A stretch of DNA of 37,894 nucleotides, from positions 1 to 37,894 of the IMG/VR virus record IMGVR_UViG_3300012971_000040; one strand, written 5' to 3'. Under the pieces are notes generated by a model. That model saw nothing but the letters and a program-made list of their open reading frames with translations. It did no database searches and was not told the origin of the DNA. The stretch is from a virus. Lineage: Duplodnaviria; Caudoviricetes. The translations under genes and the position numbers were made by a program. This document shows positions 25,381 to 35,420 of this stretch, in pieces (position 1 is the first letter of the stretch; each line of letters starts with the position of its first letter).

Positions 25381-26379
25381 TCAGTCCAGATCGATGGGTT
25401 CGACTGCGTGACGGTAACGTTTCGAGCCGAGCATCTGCCCGATCCGGTTCTGCATGGCCGTACTCTGCGCTCCGGATAACGCCGCCCACGCCGAGGCCAA
25501 CGAGGCGTCGGCCACCAGATCGGCCACCCGATCGATCAGGTCGGATCCGGCACGCAACACGAAATCGCGCGCCGTCGTATCCCAGTCATAGATCGACAGA
25601 TCCGGCTGGCCGTTGATGTACTCCTTGAGGCCCTGCCCGCCGGGTAGCGGCCGGGGATCCACACTGCCGGTGGAGAGCAATTCACCGGTTGTGGTGTCAT
25701 ACACTGCGTACCACACGACACTGGCCGGATCCCAGGGAATTCTCAGCTGATAAGGTTCCGGGGTCCAGGAGATCGGGGGACCTGCTTCGGTTGTCGTCCC
25801 CGACCCTCCGGACAGAGTCCGAGCGAGGCCCGAGTAATCAGTTGTCTCAGCACTAAGATACGGGTGCCACCGGGACAGATTCGTTGTTCGCAGCGGCAGG
25901 TAGCAGCTTAGTTCACGGTCTATTTCTGCAGTGGTGAGCGCCGCTCCCCACTGCTTGTACGCCGCTATCCTCCCGTTCCACCAATCACCGGTGTTGGCGC
26001 CACATCCGATCCTCCAAGACGATGCGGAGAACGTCGCCGACAGCGTCCCGGAATCCGACGTCAACGCCGATCCGGCCGGGGCGTGGTAGAACGTTCCTGC
26101 CGTATTATTGAGGGTCGCTCCGAGCTTATACCACGTTCCTGTGGACAGCGCGAACGCACCGATCGATCCGGATAGGCTGTCCTTGAAGCGCAGCGTGGTG
26201 CCGTCCGAATCGGTGAGCAACTGTTGATTCCACGAACTGTTGAAACCCCATACTCCTGACGTAGCGTTGCGGTCCGTGGTCAGGTATGCCCAGCAGGTAA
26301 CCGTGAAATTCGTGCTGTTGGCTGGTAGTCCAGCGGTGGACGAGTAGGTCTGACCGGACGCGGAGAACCGGACCGCCAT
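25381..26379 (-). CDS. LamG/concanavalin-A-like domain virion protein
   Basis: ATG 26379; FTVTCWAY...LSTGTWY...WRIG...WWNGRIAAYKQWGAALTTAEI, a LamG-like pattern. Confidence 0.75.
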   Translation of the reverse strand: MAVRFSASGQTYSSTAGLPANSTNFTVTCWAYLTTDRNATSGVWGFNSSWNQQLLTDSDGTTLRFKDSLSGSIGAFALSTGTWYKLGATLNNTAGTFYHAPAGSALTSDSGTLSATFSASSWRIGCGANTGDWWNGRIAAYKQWGAALTTAEIDRELSCYLPLRTTNLSRWHPYLSAETTDYSGLARTLSGGSGTTTEAGPPISWTPEPYQLRIPWDPASVVWYAVYDTTTGELLSTGSVDPRPLPGGQGLKEYINGQPDLSIYDWDTTARDFVLRAGSDLIDRVADLVADASLASAWAALSGAQSTAMQNRIGQMLGSKRYRHAVEPIDLD

Positions 26380-26381
26380 CG

Positions 26382-26888
26382 CTATGTGTCCGACCACGCG
26401 ATAGTGAAGAAGACGAAATTAGCGTCACCGCTCATAGTGTCCCCCGCATCGGCTGGTTTCCGTGCCAACTTCAAGGCCACCAGGTCGTCGGCGGCCAGAC
26501 TGTCCAGGTTGGATAGGGTGCCGACCACGTCATGGTCACGCTGGCCAGTGGTTCCCAAGTGGGTATCAGAGATGATGGTCTCGGTGGCGAACGCTTTCGT
26601 TTCAATGTCCTGGGTGTCGGTATTCGGGGTGATACACGCCAGGCTGACACCCCAACTGACACCTCCGGACGTCGCCGTGTCGGCATACCAGTTGATCGTG
26701 ATGGTCAGATTTCCTGAGCCGTAGTTGATAGCCCGGAATAAGAAGAACGCATCCTCCTCGGAAGACGCGTCATAGGCCAGCACCGGAACCGGGAAGTTGG
26801 TTCCGTCATTCCTGATGTACTGCGGGAAAGCCGTGGCGGCACGGAAGTCTGCCATAGGCGCCGAGAAGTGTTGCTTGATAGTGCCCAT
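26382..26888 (-). CDS. Putative virion structural protein
   Basis: ATG 26888 (TGATG coupling); 168 aa, beta-rich. Confidence 0.7.
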   Translation of the reverse strand: MGTIKQHFSAPMADFRAATAFPQYIRNDGTNFPVPVLAYDASSEEDAFFLFRAINYGSGNLTITINWYADTATSGGVSWGVSLACITPNTDTQDIETKAFATETIISDTHLGTTGQRDHDVVGTLSNLDSLAADDLVALKLARKPADAGDTMSGDANFVFFTIAWSDT

Positions 26889-27169
26889 CAGCCGTCCTCC
26901 TCCGTGCGAAGCATGGACAACCCGACACGTCGCATGGCGACAAAGCAAAGTAGAAGTGTTTTCTGTGCCGCACTCGCGGAGCCCCGAAACGGCTGCGTAA
27001 GCGCTTGGTTGTAGGACGCCTGATTGTTGTCGATCCATGTATCCGTGGCGTCCACCGCAGCACGTAGATCTGCCTTCACTACAGGAATTGCTCCTAGTCC
27101 GAAAGTGGACCACATGCGCATGGCGTGTGCCCACACTCGGCGCCTGTCTTCGTCGGCGAGAACTGCCAT
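26888..27169 (-). CDS. Hypothetical phage protein
   Basis: ATG 27169 with GGGAG RBS; 93 aa helical, KADLRAAVDATDTWID. Confidence 0.65.
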   Translation of the reverse strand: MAVLADEDRRRVWAHAMRMWSTFGLGAIPVVKADLRAAVDATDTWIDNNQASYNQALTQPFRGSASAAQKTLLLCFVAMRRVGLSMLRTEEDG

Positions 27170-27186
27170 GAGTCTTCTCCCTGTAC

Positions 27187-27552
27187 CTACGATGCCAGAG
27201 TGACCGAGACGGTGATGCCGCTGACCGCGATGGTGAACGTATCTCCGGCGGTGACCGGGTTGCTCGTGACCGATCCGGAGAATCCGAATGTGCCCGCCGA
27301 GGACGCCGTCCAGAAGCTGCATTTAGAGTAAGTCTCGGATCCGGCCACGTTGGTCCACTGCACCTGGGCATTGTTCGCGACCGACCCGCCTGACGACGCG
27401 GCCCAGGTCACTTGCTTGCGCGTCGTTTCCGTGGCTGCGTTCGTCGTTCCGGCTGATCCGGGAGCACCCGTGTGCAGTTTCATCCACGGATAGGCGGCGA
27501 CCAGCGTGTCTAATGCTGAGTTCGCCGCCGTCGAACCCCATCCCTCAGCCAT
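27187..27552 (-). CDS. Minor structural / fibre-associated protein
   Basis: KLHTGAPGSAGTTN...RKQVTW...FWTASSAGTF...VTAGDTFTI, a common actinophage virion motif. Confidence 0.7.
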   Translation of the reverse strand: MAEGWGSTAANSALDTLVAAYPWMKLHTGAPGSAGTTNAATETTRKQVTWAASSGGSVANNAQVQWTNVAGSETYSKCSFWTASSAGTFGFSGSVTSNPVTAGDTFTIAVSGITVSVTLAS

Positions 27553-27787
27553 GGTCACCCACTCTCTGTTCAGCGAAATGGGCCATCAGTTCGGCACCGG
27601 TCCGGCCGCTCGCTCCCGCCAGCCGCGCAGCGCAGGAGTCACAGCCGTGGGCGGCGTGGCAGTCCAGATGCCACTGCTCCGGCGAGCGGTCCTGGCTGGG
27701 GTGGTTCGCCACGCCGATGATGTGGCGCGGGTGATCGTCGACCTCACTGCAGCCGTCGCAGTAACGCTGCGGACGTTCAGCCCCCAC
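27545..27787 (-). CDS. Small Cys/His-rich protein
   Basis: CDGC..VDDHPRH...HLDC....CDSC; start inferred at GTG 27787. Confidence 0.6.
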   Translation of the reverse strand: MGAERPQRYCDGCSEVDDHPRHIIGVANHPSQDRSPEQWHLDCHAAHGCDSCAARLAGASGRTGAELMAHFAEQRVGDHG

Positions 27788-28085
27788 CGACCCGCTCGCT
27801 TTCGGATCGACGGGGGGACGTCGTTGTCCCACGAGCCTTGACGGCCGGTGCGGACGGGCTGGACTCCGCGCTGACCGCCACCGTGTCGACGGCCTCGTCC
27901 GCCGGTTCCGGTTCGAGTGGTTCAATCGGATCGGCGACGTCGCCCGGCTGATGGGTGGGGCCGGCGTGCTTGGATATCTTCGGCATTTCCCCGTCCTCGT
28001 GAAACGATTCGGAATGGCAGCGGGGGCAGCGGGACAGGCCGACGGCGTATTTCGTCGTGCAGTCGTCGCATACCCAGAGCGCCAT
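27777..28085 (-). CDS. Small Zn-finger protein
   Basis: ATG 28085 (TGATG coupling); CDDCTTKYAVGLSRCPRC. Confidence 0.65.
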   Translation of the reverse strand: MALWVCDDCTTKYAVGLSRCPRCHSESFHEDGEMPKISKHAGPTHQPGDVADPIEPLEPEPADEAVDTVAVSAESSPSAPAVKARGTTTSPRRSESERVGGG

Positions 28086-28606
28086 CAGCTGGCCGCCACG
28101 GATGCGCCGTCGTCCAGCGGGATGTAGGTCAGCAGCCACTTCACGGCGCCCGTGCCCGGGTCGTGGTTGCTCACCAGGATCGACAGCGCTCCGGCCCGCA
28201 CCACGATCGGCCGCCAGAGCAGGTGGGCGAAGGTGACGCTCGGAACCTCCGCGGCCAGTACCGGCGTCACGCCGAGCACCGAAACGGACTGGATCGACAG
28301 CAGGTCCGTCACCACGCCGGAGGTCAGGGAATACAGCGTGCCCGCAACGTCGGCGGTGATCCCCGTCGCGGCACACAGATCGGCTGCAGATCCACCGGAC
28401 GGGGTGAACTGCAGCTTGGCTGTCAGGCTGGCCGTGTTCGCCACGGCCGTGGTCACCTCGCCGATGACGCCGGTCAGCGCCACCTTGCCGGCGGCGACGG
28501 TGAACAGGCTCGTCCCCGTGTTCTGCACGAGCGTCGTCGGGCCGCGGGTTGCGCGGATGCCGAGCATGAGCGCCCGGATCTGATCGCCCTGGATAAGAGT
28601 CGACAC
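28085..28606 (-). CDS. Putative capsid decoration protein
   Basis: 173 aa, second gene after the capsid; AGGAG RBS; ends YIPLDDGASVAAS. Confidence 0.6.
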   Translation of the reverse strand: MSTLIQGDQIRALMLGIRATRGPTTLVQNTGTSLFTVAAGKVALTGVIGEVTTAVANTASLTAKLQFTPSGGSAADLCAATGITADVAGTLYSLTSGVVTDLLSIQSVSVLGVTPVLAAEVPSVTFAHLLWRPIVVRAGALSILVSNHDPGTGAVKWLLTYIPLDDGASVAAS

Positions 28607-28615
28607 GGTGGGCTC

Positions 28616-29125
28616 CTATGCCTGCGGGTTGGCCAGATTGGCGGGCGAGCGCTGGATCATCAGATCGCGCAGCAGGTACAGCACGGCGCCAAGCTGGGCG
28701 TTGCTGCCCGTGTCCGCGCAATCGACCGAGATCCATTCATAGCCGCTGGACAATTCGACGCCGTCGACCTCGATCACGAGGATCTGCTGCTCCTCGGCGG
28801 ACGTGGTCGCGCCGCCCGGGTCGACCACCGTCGCCGCCGCCGACTGCGCGACCCTGGTCCAGGTCTCGTCACCGTCGAGCGTGGCTTCGGCCTTGAGATA
28901 GTAGTGGGTGATCACGGCGAGGTTCGCCGAACTGCCACCGGTCGCGGCCGTGTGCTGGCGCAGGGTGAAGGTGGGATCGTCGCCGGCCGTCCCGGCGCCC
29001 TTGTAAATGACGATCGTGCAGCCTGCGGCATTGCGCAGGTGTACCCGGTTACCCGTCCGGGCCGTCTGCAAATCGAGCGGGGCGACACCCGCCGCAATGT
29101 CGAACAGTCTTCCGAGGCCTTCCAT
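28616..29125 (-). CDS. Putative capsid decoration/cement protein
   Basis: 169 aa directly after the major capsid gene; GAGGAGG RBS. Confidence 0.6.
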   Translation of the reverse strand: MEGLGRLFDIAAGVAPLDLQTARTGNRVHLRNAAGCTIVIYKGAGTAGDDPTFTLRQHTAATGGSSANLAVITHYYLKAEATLDGDETWTRVAQSAAATVVDPGGATTSAEEQQILVIEVDGVELSSGYEWISVDCADTGSNAQLGAVLYLLRDLMIQRSPANLANPQA

Positions 29126-29205
29126 TGAATGCCCTCCTCGTGGGGATTGAATGCCACTTCGGAGCTAATCCGGCATGGGGTGCGAATGCCGTGCCGGATC
29201 GGCTG

Positions 29206-30705
29206 TTACGCGCGTTCGGCCAGCCGGACGATCGGGCTCAGGGTCGGGCCGTTGTTCTGCGGGGTGATCGCACTGTTCAGCCACGGACGGCCGTCGACTC
29301 TTTCGATAATGCGATAGGCTGTCTCGTCATTCGCGAACCGGTAGTGCGGGGAGCTCATCGCGCTCATCACCTGGCGGTCGCCGATCAGGTAGAAGCCGAA
29401 GTCGACGAAACTGATATCGCCTTCATCGCCGAGCTTCGGAGCCTTCTCGGTCACGATGACCGGGCGGCCCAGAATCGTCGTCGGCGCGGTCCCGGCACCG
29501 TTGGTCAGCCAGATAGCCGAACCGCCGGTACCGACGCTCAGGGCCATCGTGGCGAGTTCAGGGAAAGCGTCCGGGGGGACCAGCCAGACCGCTCTGTTCA
29601 GGGAGCCGGGCAGCATTCTGGAATACATCTTGACGATGTTCTCCCAGACGATCGTGTCGGCCGCCTGCCCGGTTTCCTTAGCCACGGTGACCAGCGCCGG
29701 GCTCTTGAACACGCCGAGCGGCTCGCCGACGCCGCCGCCGGTCAGGAAGGCGAGATCCTCATACCAGCCCAGAGCCTCGGGGAACATCTGATCCAGCATC
29801 GCCTGGAATGAGGCGATCGAGTCGCTGATCAGCTCGTTGGGGATCTGCGTGTAGGCCGTCAACTTCTTGGCATCGAGGATGATCCGGCTGAATGATGGCT
29901 GAGTATCGGTGAGGGTGGCACCCTCCTCGGTCCAATAGGCGACGATGCCACCGAAGACGGACGAGACGTTCGAGGTGGCATCCACCGCGGGGAACGGGAC
30001 CCGCAGTGTCTCCATCGGGATGATCCGAGCGCGAGGACGGACGATTGCCGTTTCCAGACTCAGCGAGAGGATCTCGGAACGCAGTACTTCCGGAATGAGG
30101 AAACCACCCTCACTGGGCACCGTGGAGCTGAAGGCGTTGCGCACCCGCTGTAGCCGCTGCTGTACCTCAGCGGTGCGGTTGGACATATGCCAGATCGTGC
30201 GGAAGTACTCGGCGCTGGATGCGAAGTCCTTGTCGATGGCAGCGCCCATGGCACGCGGGTTGAACAGACCGTTCCGGGCGTTTCCCGGCCTGCCGACGTC
30301 GCGAGCGGTGAAGGGGGTCACGTCGGGGCGACGAACTCCGTCCGGGGATTCCTCCCGAATCCAGTCGGCGACGAACTTCTGCAACTCCGTCTCGACCTGA
30401 TTACGGACCTGCTGTGCGACGTCGAGCTCTTTGGCGATGAACGCCCTGGCGTAATTGCTCAGGAACTCCGACAGTGCCTGCGGATTGCCGAACACCTTCT
30501 GCATGCGCTTGGAGTCATTGATCATGTCCTCCAGCGCGGCCGGAGAATCCGGGATACGCAGATCCTCCAGATCCGGAGCACCGTCCGGAGGGGGCGCGAC
30601 GGGAGCACCCGCGGCCCGGTTGAGAATCATGCCCAGATCGTCCGGCTCGATGCCCCGATCGGCGAGGCGCTGGCGCTGACCCGGGGTGAGCGTCGCTGCG
30701 GTCAC
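29206..30705 (-). CDS. Major capsid protein (HK97 fold)
   Basis: 499 aa; EGGFLIPE, AYWTEEG, KKLTAY..IPNELISDS, GxGxGEPLG, ILGRPVIVTE, GDISFVDF..Y.IGDR, RVDG. Confidence 0.95.
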   Translation of the reverse strand: MTAATLTPGQRQRLADRGIEPDDLGMILNRAAGAPVAPPPDGAPDLEDLRIPDSPAALEDMINDSKRMQKVFGNPQALSEFLSNYARAFIAKELDVAQQVRNQVETELQKFVADWIREESPDGVRRPDVTPFTARDVGRPGNARNGLFNPRAMGAAIDKDFASSAEYFRTIWHMSNRTAEVQQRLQRVRNAFSSTVPSEGGFLIPEVLRSEILSLSLETAIVRPRARIIPMETLRVPFPAVDATSNVSSVFGGIVAYWTEEGATLTDTQPSFSRIILDAKKLTAYTQIPNELISDSIASFQAMLDQMFPEALGWYEDLAFLTGGGVGEPLGVFKSPALVTVAKETGQAADTIVWENIVKMYSRMLPGSLNRAVWLVPPDAFPELATMALSVGTGGSAIWLTNGAGTAPTTILGRPVIVTEKAPKLGDEGDISFVDFGFYLIGDRQVMSAMSSPHYRFANDETAYRIIERVDGRPWLNSAITPQNNGPTLSPIVRLAERA

Positions 30706-31874
30706 AGCAGGCCCCTCCTGATCGCAGTATCAAAAGCCGCCCGATCGAATAGGGGAATGGCGGGACCGAGATCCGGTGCCGCAGGGGAAGCGTCCGGCAG
30801 AGCCGGAACATTCGTCACGACGTCGTACATGATGGCGCGCACGGTGTCATGAGAAAGCACGCTGGACGTATCCACCGGCCGCCGGCAGCCGTGGCAGACG
30901 GCCAGCTCCGGAGGAGGCAACGGGGGGAGGATCGGCGCTGCGGGCGCTCGTTCCGGCGCGGCCGGCGCGTTGTTTGCCGCCGTCGACATGGCCAGCCGGA
31001 AGGCGTCCGGATCCCAGTGCGGTTCCAGTGCCGCGCGGGCACCACCGGTCATCGCCGTGCGCAGCAGATCGCCCGACCACGCCGACGGCAGCGGCTGGTC
31101 CGGCATAGGTGCCCGATCCTCCGGAGCATCATCGAGGTGGCTGTTCAGATGAGCCCGGATGGCGTCGTGCTCCGATTCGGGAATGTCCGACTGCGGCGCG
31201 CGGTCGGCACGGGCCGAGGGGGGGGCCGCAGCGCGACGACGGCGTTCAGCCGGCTGATTATCAGAACCCGGCTCCGGCTCGTACACCTCATCGGCCAGCC
31301 CGATATCCACTGCCTCCTGACCCGTATACCAGGAGGTTTCCTGCATGGCCTTACGCCACTGCCGAACGGTGCTGCAGCGCTGAGCGTAGATATCGGCGAT
31401 GTTGTCGCTGGTCCGGTCCAACAGGTCAGCCATCTCGCGCATCGTCGCCGCGTTGCCCATGCAGATGCCCTCGGCATCGTGGATCATCATCGTGGCGTTG
31501 CGGGCAATCAATACACGACCGCCGGCCTGAGCGATGAATGATGCGGCACTCGCGGCCAGGCCGTCGATGTAGGTGGTCACCGTCGCCGGGTGATTGCACA
31601 ACGCGTTGTAAATGGCGATGCCATCGAACACGTCGCCGCCGGGGCTGTTGATATGGACCTCGATGCTGATCGCCTGCAGCGACTCCAGTTCGTGCACGAA
31701 TTCAGCGGCCGTCACACCCCAGAGACCGATCTCATCGTAGATGTAGATGGTCGCCTCGGCGGTGCTCGCGGCATTCTCGATCCGATACCAGCGCTGCGAC
31801 CGATCCACCGGACGACGATGCCGTGGTGGAGTTTGAAGATTCGTCGTCCGGTTGGTCACCCTGCGCGCCATCAT
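30702..31874 (-). CDS. ClpP-type prohead protease with C-terminal scaffold-like extension
   Basis: IYIYDEIG, HINSPGGDVFDG, IDGLAASAASFI, MMIHDA, EAVDIGLAD. Confidence 0.92.
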   Translation of the reverse strand: MMARRVTNRTTNLQTPPRHRRPVDRSQRWYRIENAASTAEATIYIYDEIGLWGVTAAEFVHELESLQAISIEVHINSPGGDVFDGIAIYNALCNHPATVTTYIDGLAASAASFIAQAGGRVLIARNATMMIHDAEGICMGNAATMREMADLLDRTSDNIADIYAQRCSTVRQWRKAMQETSWYTGQEAVDIGLADEVYEPEPGSDNQPAERRRRAAAPPSARADRAPQSDIPESEHDAIRAHLNSHLDDAPEDRAPMPDQPLPSAWSGDLLRTAMTGGARAALEPHWDPDAFRLAMSTAANNAPAAPERAPAAPILPPLPPPELAVCHGCRRPVDTSSVLSHDTVRAIMYDVVTNVPALPDASPAAPDLGPAIPLFDRAAFDTAIRRGLL

Positions 31875-33142
31875 GCGTACACCCCCGCTCCGTTATGGTG
31901 ACCGTTGGTGAGCCGGGCACCCGGAGAGCCGTCTACCGTTGGGATCGGGACGGCGGGCCGCAGGGCCATCGTCAGGCGCGGTAGGCCCACAACATCGGCC
32001 GCATCATCCGGGTGCACTCCGGCATTCACCAGAGCCACGAACGCTTCTGTCCGTGCTTTCAGTGTCGCGTTCGACAACTCGACATTCTCTGGGACCGGGG
32101 AATCGTAGTCCCATTCGAGATCCGCGGCCGTCGCCCCAAAGAGGGGGAGTAGGTCGTGATTCAGCGCACCCTTGATTCGGTCCAGCCTCGGCACCACGAT
32201 CCAGCGGGCGAAGATGTACTCGCTGGCCTCCGCATTCGCGCGGTTCACGTCCTCGACCACGCCGATCATGACGCGGGGGAAGCCAAAACCCTCCAGAATC
32301 ACGTCGCGGGAGAGCCTGCGCAGCTCGGTGAATTCCATCTCCCGCATCGTGTACTTGCGGTCCACCCATTTGCCCTGCTCGATCACAGCCACACGGTGTG
32401 CGTTCGCCACGCCCTTGTGCTGTTCGGCCCACCGCGTCGTCATCTCGTCGAATTCAATATCCGAGAGCCGCTTGTCGACCTCGATGATGCCGCCCGGCTC
32501 GGCGCTGTTCCGGAAGAAGTTGCGGTTCCATTCAGCGCTGTAGCGGGCGGAATCGATATCGACCAGCATGGCCTGCACCGGACCAAGGCCACGGTAGGGG
32601 TCCAGCGGGTTCGGCATCCGGATCTGGATGACCTGGTCGAGTCCGAGTTCCAGCTTGCGGCCCGATGGTTCGAGGTAGTTCCATCCGACCAAGAACTCCT
32701 TGGCGTCCGGGATAGGCTCGATTCTGTCCGGGCGGACCGGCCAGAGCTCCAGCGGGATCGACGGTGCGCGGGGATCGGTGGCGATCACCCATTCCGACTC
32801 GCCGGTCAGGTCGATGTGCTGCTGGAAGACCTCGACGAATTCCTGTCTCGGCATCCACGGGTTCGGCCTGGCCCAGAGATCGAGTGCTGCGTGCCGGGTA
32901 ACCTCGCTGCGATCCTCCGGCTTGCCGCTGCGAGCCTTGCGGTAGAGCCGCCACGGCACGCTGGCCACGGCCGTGGTCGTGCGGTTGACGATGGCGTAGA
33001 GCGTGCCGACCGCGCCCATGGCACGCATCTGCGTTTCCGGATCCATCCGGGCCGGAACGGGGAAGGTGACACGGGAACCGGAGACGTAGGGGACGGGTGT
33101 CGCATTGCGCACCCGTCTGGCCAGCGTCGCCGCGATCGCCAT
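31871..33142 (-). CDS. Portal protein (HK97 family)
   Basis: RPNPWM, LWPVRPDRI, NPLDPYRGLGP, NFFRNSAEPGGII, VNRANAE; start ATG 33142 or GTG 33154. Confidence 0.92.
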   Translation of the reverse strand: MAIAATLARRVRNATPVPYVSGSRVTFPVPARMDPETQMRAMGAVGTLYAIVNRTTTAVASVPWRLYRKARSGKPEDRSEVTRHAALDLWARPNPWMPRQEFVEVFQQHIDLTGESEWVIATDPRAPSIPLELWPVRPDRIEPIPDAKEFLVGWNYLEPSGRKLELGLDQVIQIRMPNPLDPYRGLGPVQAMLVDIDSARYSAEWNRNFFRNSAEPGGIIEVDKRLSDIEFDEMTTRWAEQHKGVANAHRVAVIEQGKWVDRKYTMREMEFTELRRLSRDVILEGFGFPRVMIGVVEDVNRANAEASEYIFARWIVVPRLDRIKGALNHDLLPLFGATAADLEWDYDSPVPENVELSNATLKARTEAFVALVNAGVHPDDAADVVGLPRLTMALRPAVPIPTVDGSPGARLTNGHHNGAGVYA

Positions 33143-33143
33143 G

Positions 33144-33407
33144 TCAGCCGCCACGCTCGCTCAGGGACTGCGCGCTCGCCCCGCGCAGTGCACCGACCAT
33201 GAGCAGGGCGCCGCCGACGGTCATTCCGGAGCCGATACCGACAGACAGGCCGACCAGAGCGCCCAGGATCAGGCTCACCCCGCAGACCAGCAGGACGTAG
33301 CCGATCGCCAGCCAGACGTCCCAGGTGTCGACCAAGGCGAGCGATCTGGCGATGGGACGGGCGAGCACGCCGGGGCGATCGGCGCTCGGCAGCGGGCGGA
33401 CGCTCAC
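33144..33407 (-). CDS. Small membrane protein between terminase and portal
   Basis: 87 aa with two hydrophobic segments; coupled to the terminase C-terminal ORF. Confidence 0.6.
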   Translation of the reverse strand: MSVRPLPSADRPGVLARPIARSLALVDTWDVWLAIGYVLLVCGVSLILGALVGLSVGIGSGMTVGGALLMVGALRGASAQSLSERGG

Positions 33408-34757
33408 CGGGGCACCCCCATCGTGCGGATGCGGGGACGGGCGGTCAGATCACGATCAGCGGTGAGATAGCGCATGGCGTCCATCCCGTGATCGTTTTCC
33501 TTGACCGGTTGCTCTTTTGCGGTGTCGGCCCAGACGTAGCCGCCGAATTCCTCGGCGGTGCACGCCGGGAGCTTGGCTTCCACCAGTTCGGGATCTCGGG
33601 CGGTCACCGCATCGCGCAAAACGAAACAAGCGCTGGCGGCCGTCTCCAGCGGGCCGAAGGCGCGATTGCACGGCTTGAATGCCGTCGCTGACGGATTTGT
33701 GTGCGGCGACCGTGCTCAGCCCGAGATGGCGCTCCAGCGTGGCGCGATCCTCGGCATCGTGGTCGCAGATGATCGCCCTTGGCTTGGGCTCGACCCACTT
33801 GCCCTGCGTTCCGGGCTCCGATCCAGCCGGGGCGCCGGGGCACACCTGCGCGAGCACATCGCGGGCGTGATCCTCGACCAGACGGCGCGTGTGGTAGACC
33901 TCCGAATAGAGATAGAGCCGACCGTCGGGATCCTCTGCCCAACGCTGCAGGACAAACGGGCGAACGTAGCCGAAGTCGACGGCCCACCAGCGCGGCCACT
34001 CGGGAGGAATCGGGAAGGAATCCACCAGATGGAGGTAGGGATCCCACTGTTCGTAGATAATTCCCTCGGCGGCGACCCAGAGGCCGGATCGTAGGCGCAG
34101 CTTGCGCACTCCGGTCAGGTTGTCCAGCTTAGCGATGTAGTCCCGGCCCCGGTCGGTGAGCTCGCCGGAATCGTCGAAGAGCTGCGGATTTTCCTCGTGT
34201 CTGCTTTCCAGCAGCGTGGTCGTGCCCCGGTCGCAGCGTGCTTTTAACCAGTGGGTCGGCTGGGCCGGGTTGCAGTCGGCGATGATCTGCTGGAAACTGA
34301 CGTGCCAGTTGCGCAGGCGGGAGGTGAGCGCTTCCCAGTCGGTCTCGGTGAGCTCCGTGGCTTCCTGCACATAAACAGCGTCGAATTCTGCGGACATGAC
34401 CCTAGTGGCCTTGTCCATGCCGCCGATGACGATCACCGAGCCGTTGCTGTAGCGGTACTGCGGGGGTTCCTGTGGACTGCCGCCGTAGAATTCGACCAGC
34501 CCGGACTCGAACGCTTCGACGGCGACGTATTGCCGCCACGTGACCAGCGCCGTGGAGCCCAGCGAAGCCAGAGTTTTGCGCACGATCAGGCCGCGCATGC
34601 CGGGATTCAGGATGCACATCAGGTGCAGCTTCTCCAGGCAGGCACGTGACTTGCCGGTGCCCGCCGGGCCGCTGACCAGAACTTCGGGGTCACGCCGAGC
34701 GAACAAGGCGACGGCCGACCCGCGGGGGGCGTAGGTGTGCTCCAGCGCCGCCGTCAC
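33404..34757 (-). CDS. terL: Terminase large subunit (PBSX/SPP1-like), one-base frame discontinuity near 33624
   Basis: Walker A GPAGTGKS, Walker B VYVQEATE, DCNP, nuclease VDFGY. The last acidic motif DHGMDAMRY lies in the +1 frame (33619-33404). Confidence 0.9.
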
Positions 34758-35179
34758 CGCAGCGCCTCCAGATCGACACCGACCACCTCGTAACGGACCC
34801 GGGCGGTGACGTCGTACTGCCGCGGGGCGAGCTGACCCAGTTCCTCAGCCGCGTTGCGCAGTGCTCGACACTTGACCAGCCCCAGTCTCGGCAGCGTGCG
34901 TGCGTCGGCGCCCTCGATCTCCTCGTTCAGCCGCTCCACGAGGTCTTCGAGTTCGGCGAGCCGGGCCGACTTGTCGGAGATCCAGAGTCCGGCGACGCTG
35001 TTCTCTATCTCGGATCGGGCTTTCGCGATGCGTTCGCGGTGACGGGTCGCGAACTGGCTAACGGCAGGCTGGGTGACGCCGAAGGCCTCGGCGAGCTCGG
35101 TCTGCGGTCGGGCGTCGAGGGCGAGCTCCTGGATGAGCAGGATCTTGCGCCAGCCGCGCAGTTCGTACGGTGCCGCCAC
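34754..35179 (-). CDS. terS: Terminase small subunit (N-terminal HTH)
   Basis: QTELAEAFGVTQPAVSQF HTH; GTGA overlap with terL; first gene of the late operon. Confidence 0.75.
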   Translation of the reverse strand: MAAPYELRGWRKILLIQELALDARPQTELAEAFGVTQPAVSQFATRHRERIAKARSEIENSVAGLWISDKSARLAELEDLVERLNEEIEGADARTLPRLGLVKCRALRNAAEELGQLAPRQYDVTARVRYEVVGVDLEALR

Positions 35180-35370
35180 GTGGACCTCTTATAAATCGTG
35201 ATAAGAAGTCCGCCCGATGACGGTCGATGCTAGACCATCGCGCACGGTCATGGTAGAGACACCGTAGGCGTTCGCCTATTTGCTTCCGTCCTCCGTGGCG
35301 CGGGGACGGGTAGGAGCGGAGCCCGGGTCACGCCATCCGCCCGATCGAGACCCGGGCTGCCGCGCTCATA

Positions 35371-35412
35371 CGGTACCACTTCGGTACCCCTGTCGCACCG
35401 GTCCGGTACCAT
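35371..35412 (+). promoter_or_regulatory. Phased CGGTACC repeats (operator) overlapping -10 TACCAT
   Basis: CGGTACC at 35371, 35382 and 35404 (11- and 22-bp offsets); TACCAT 35407-12 lies 8 nt before ATG 35421. Confidence 0.6.
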
Positions 35413-35420
35413 CCCTCGCC

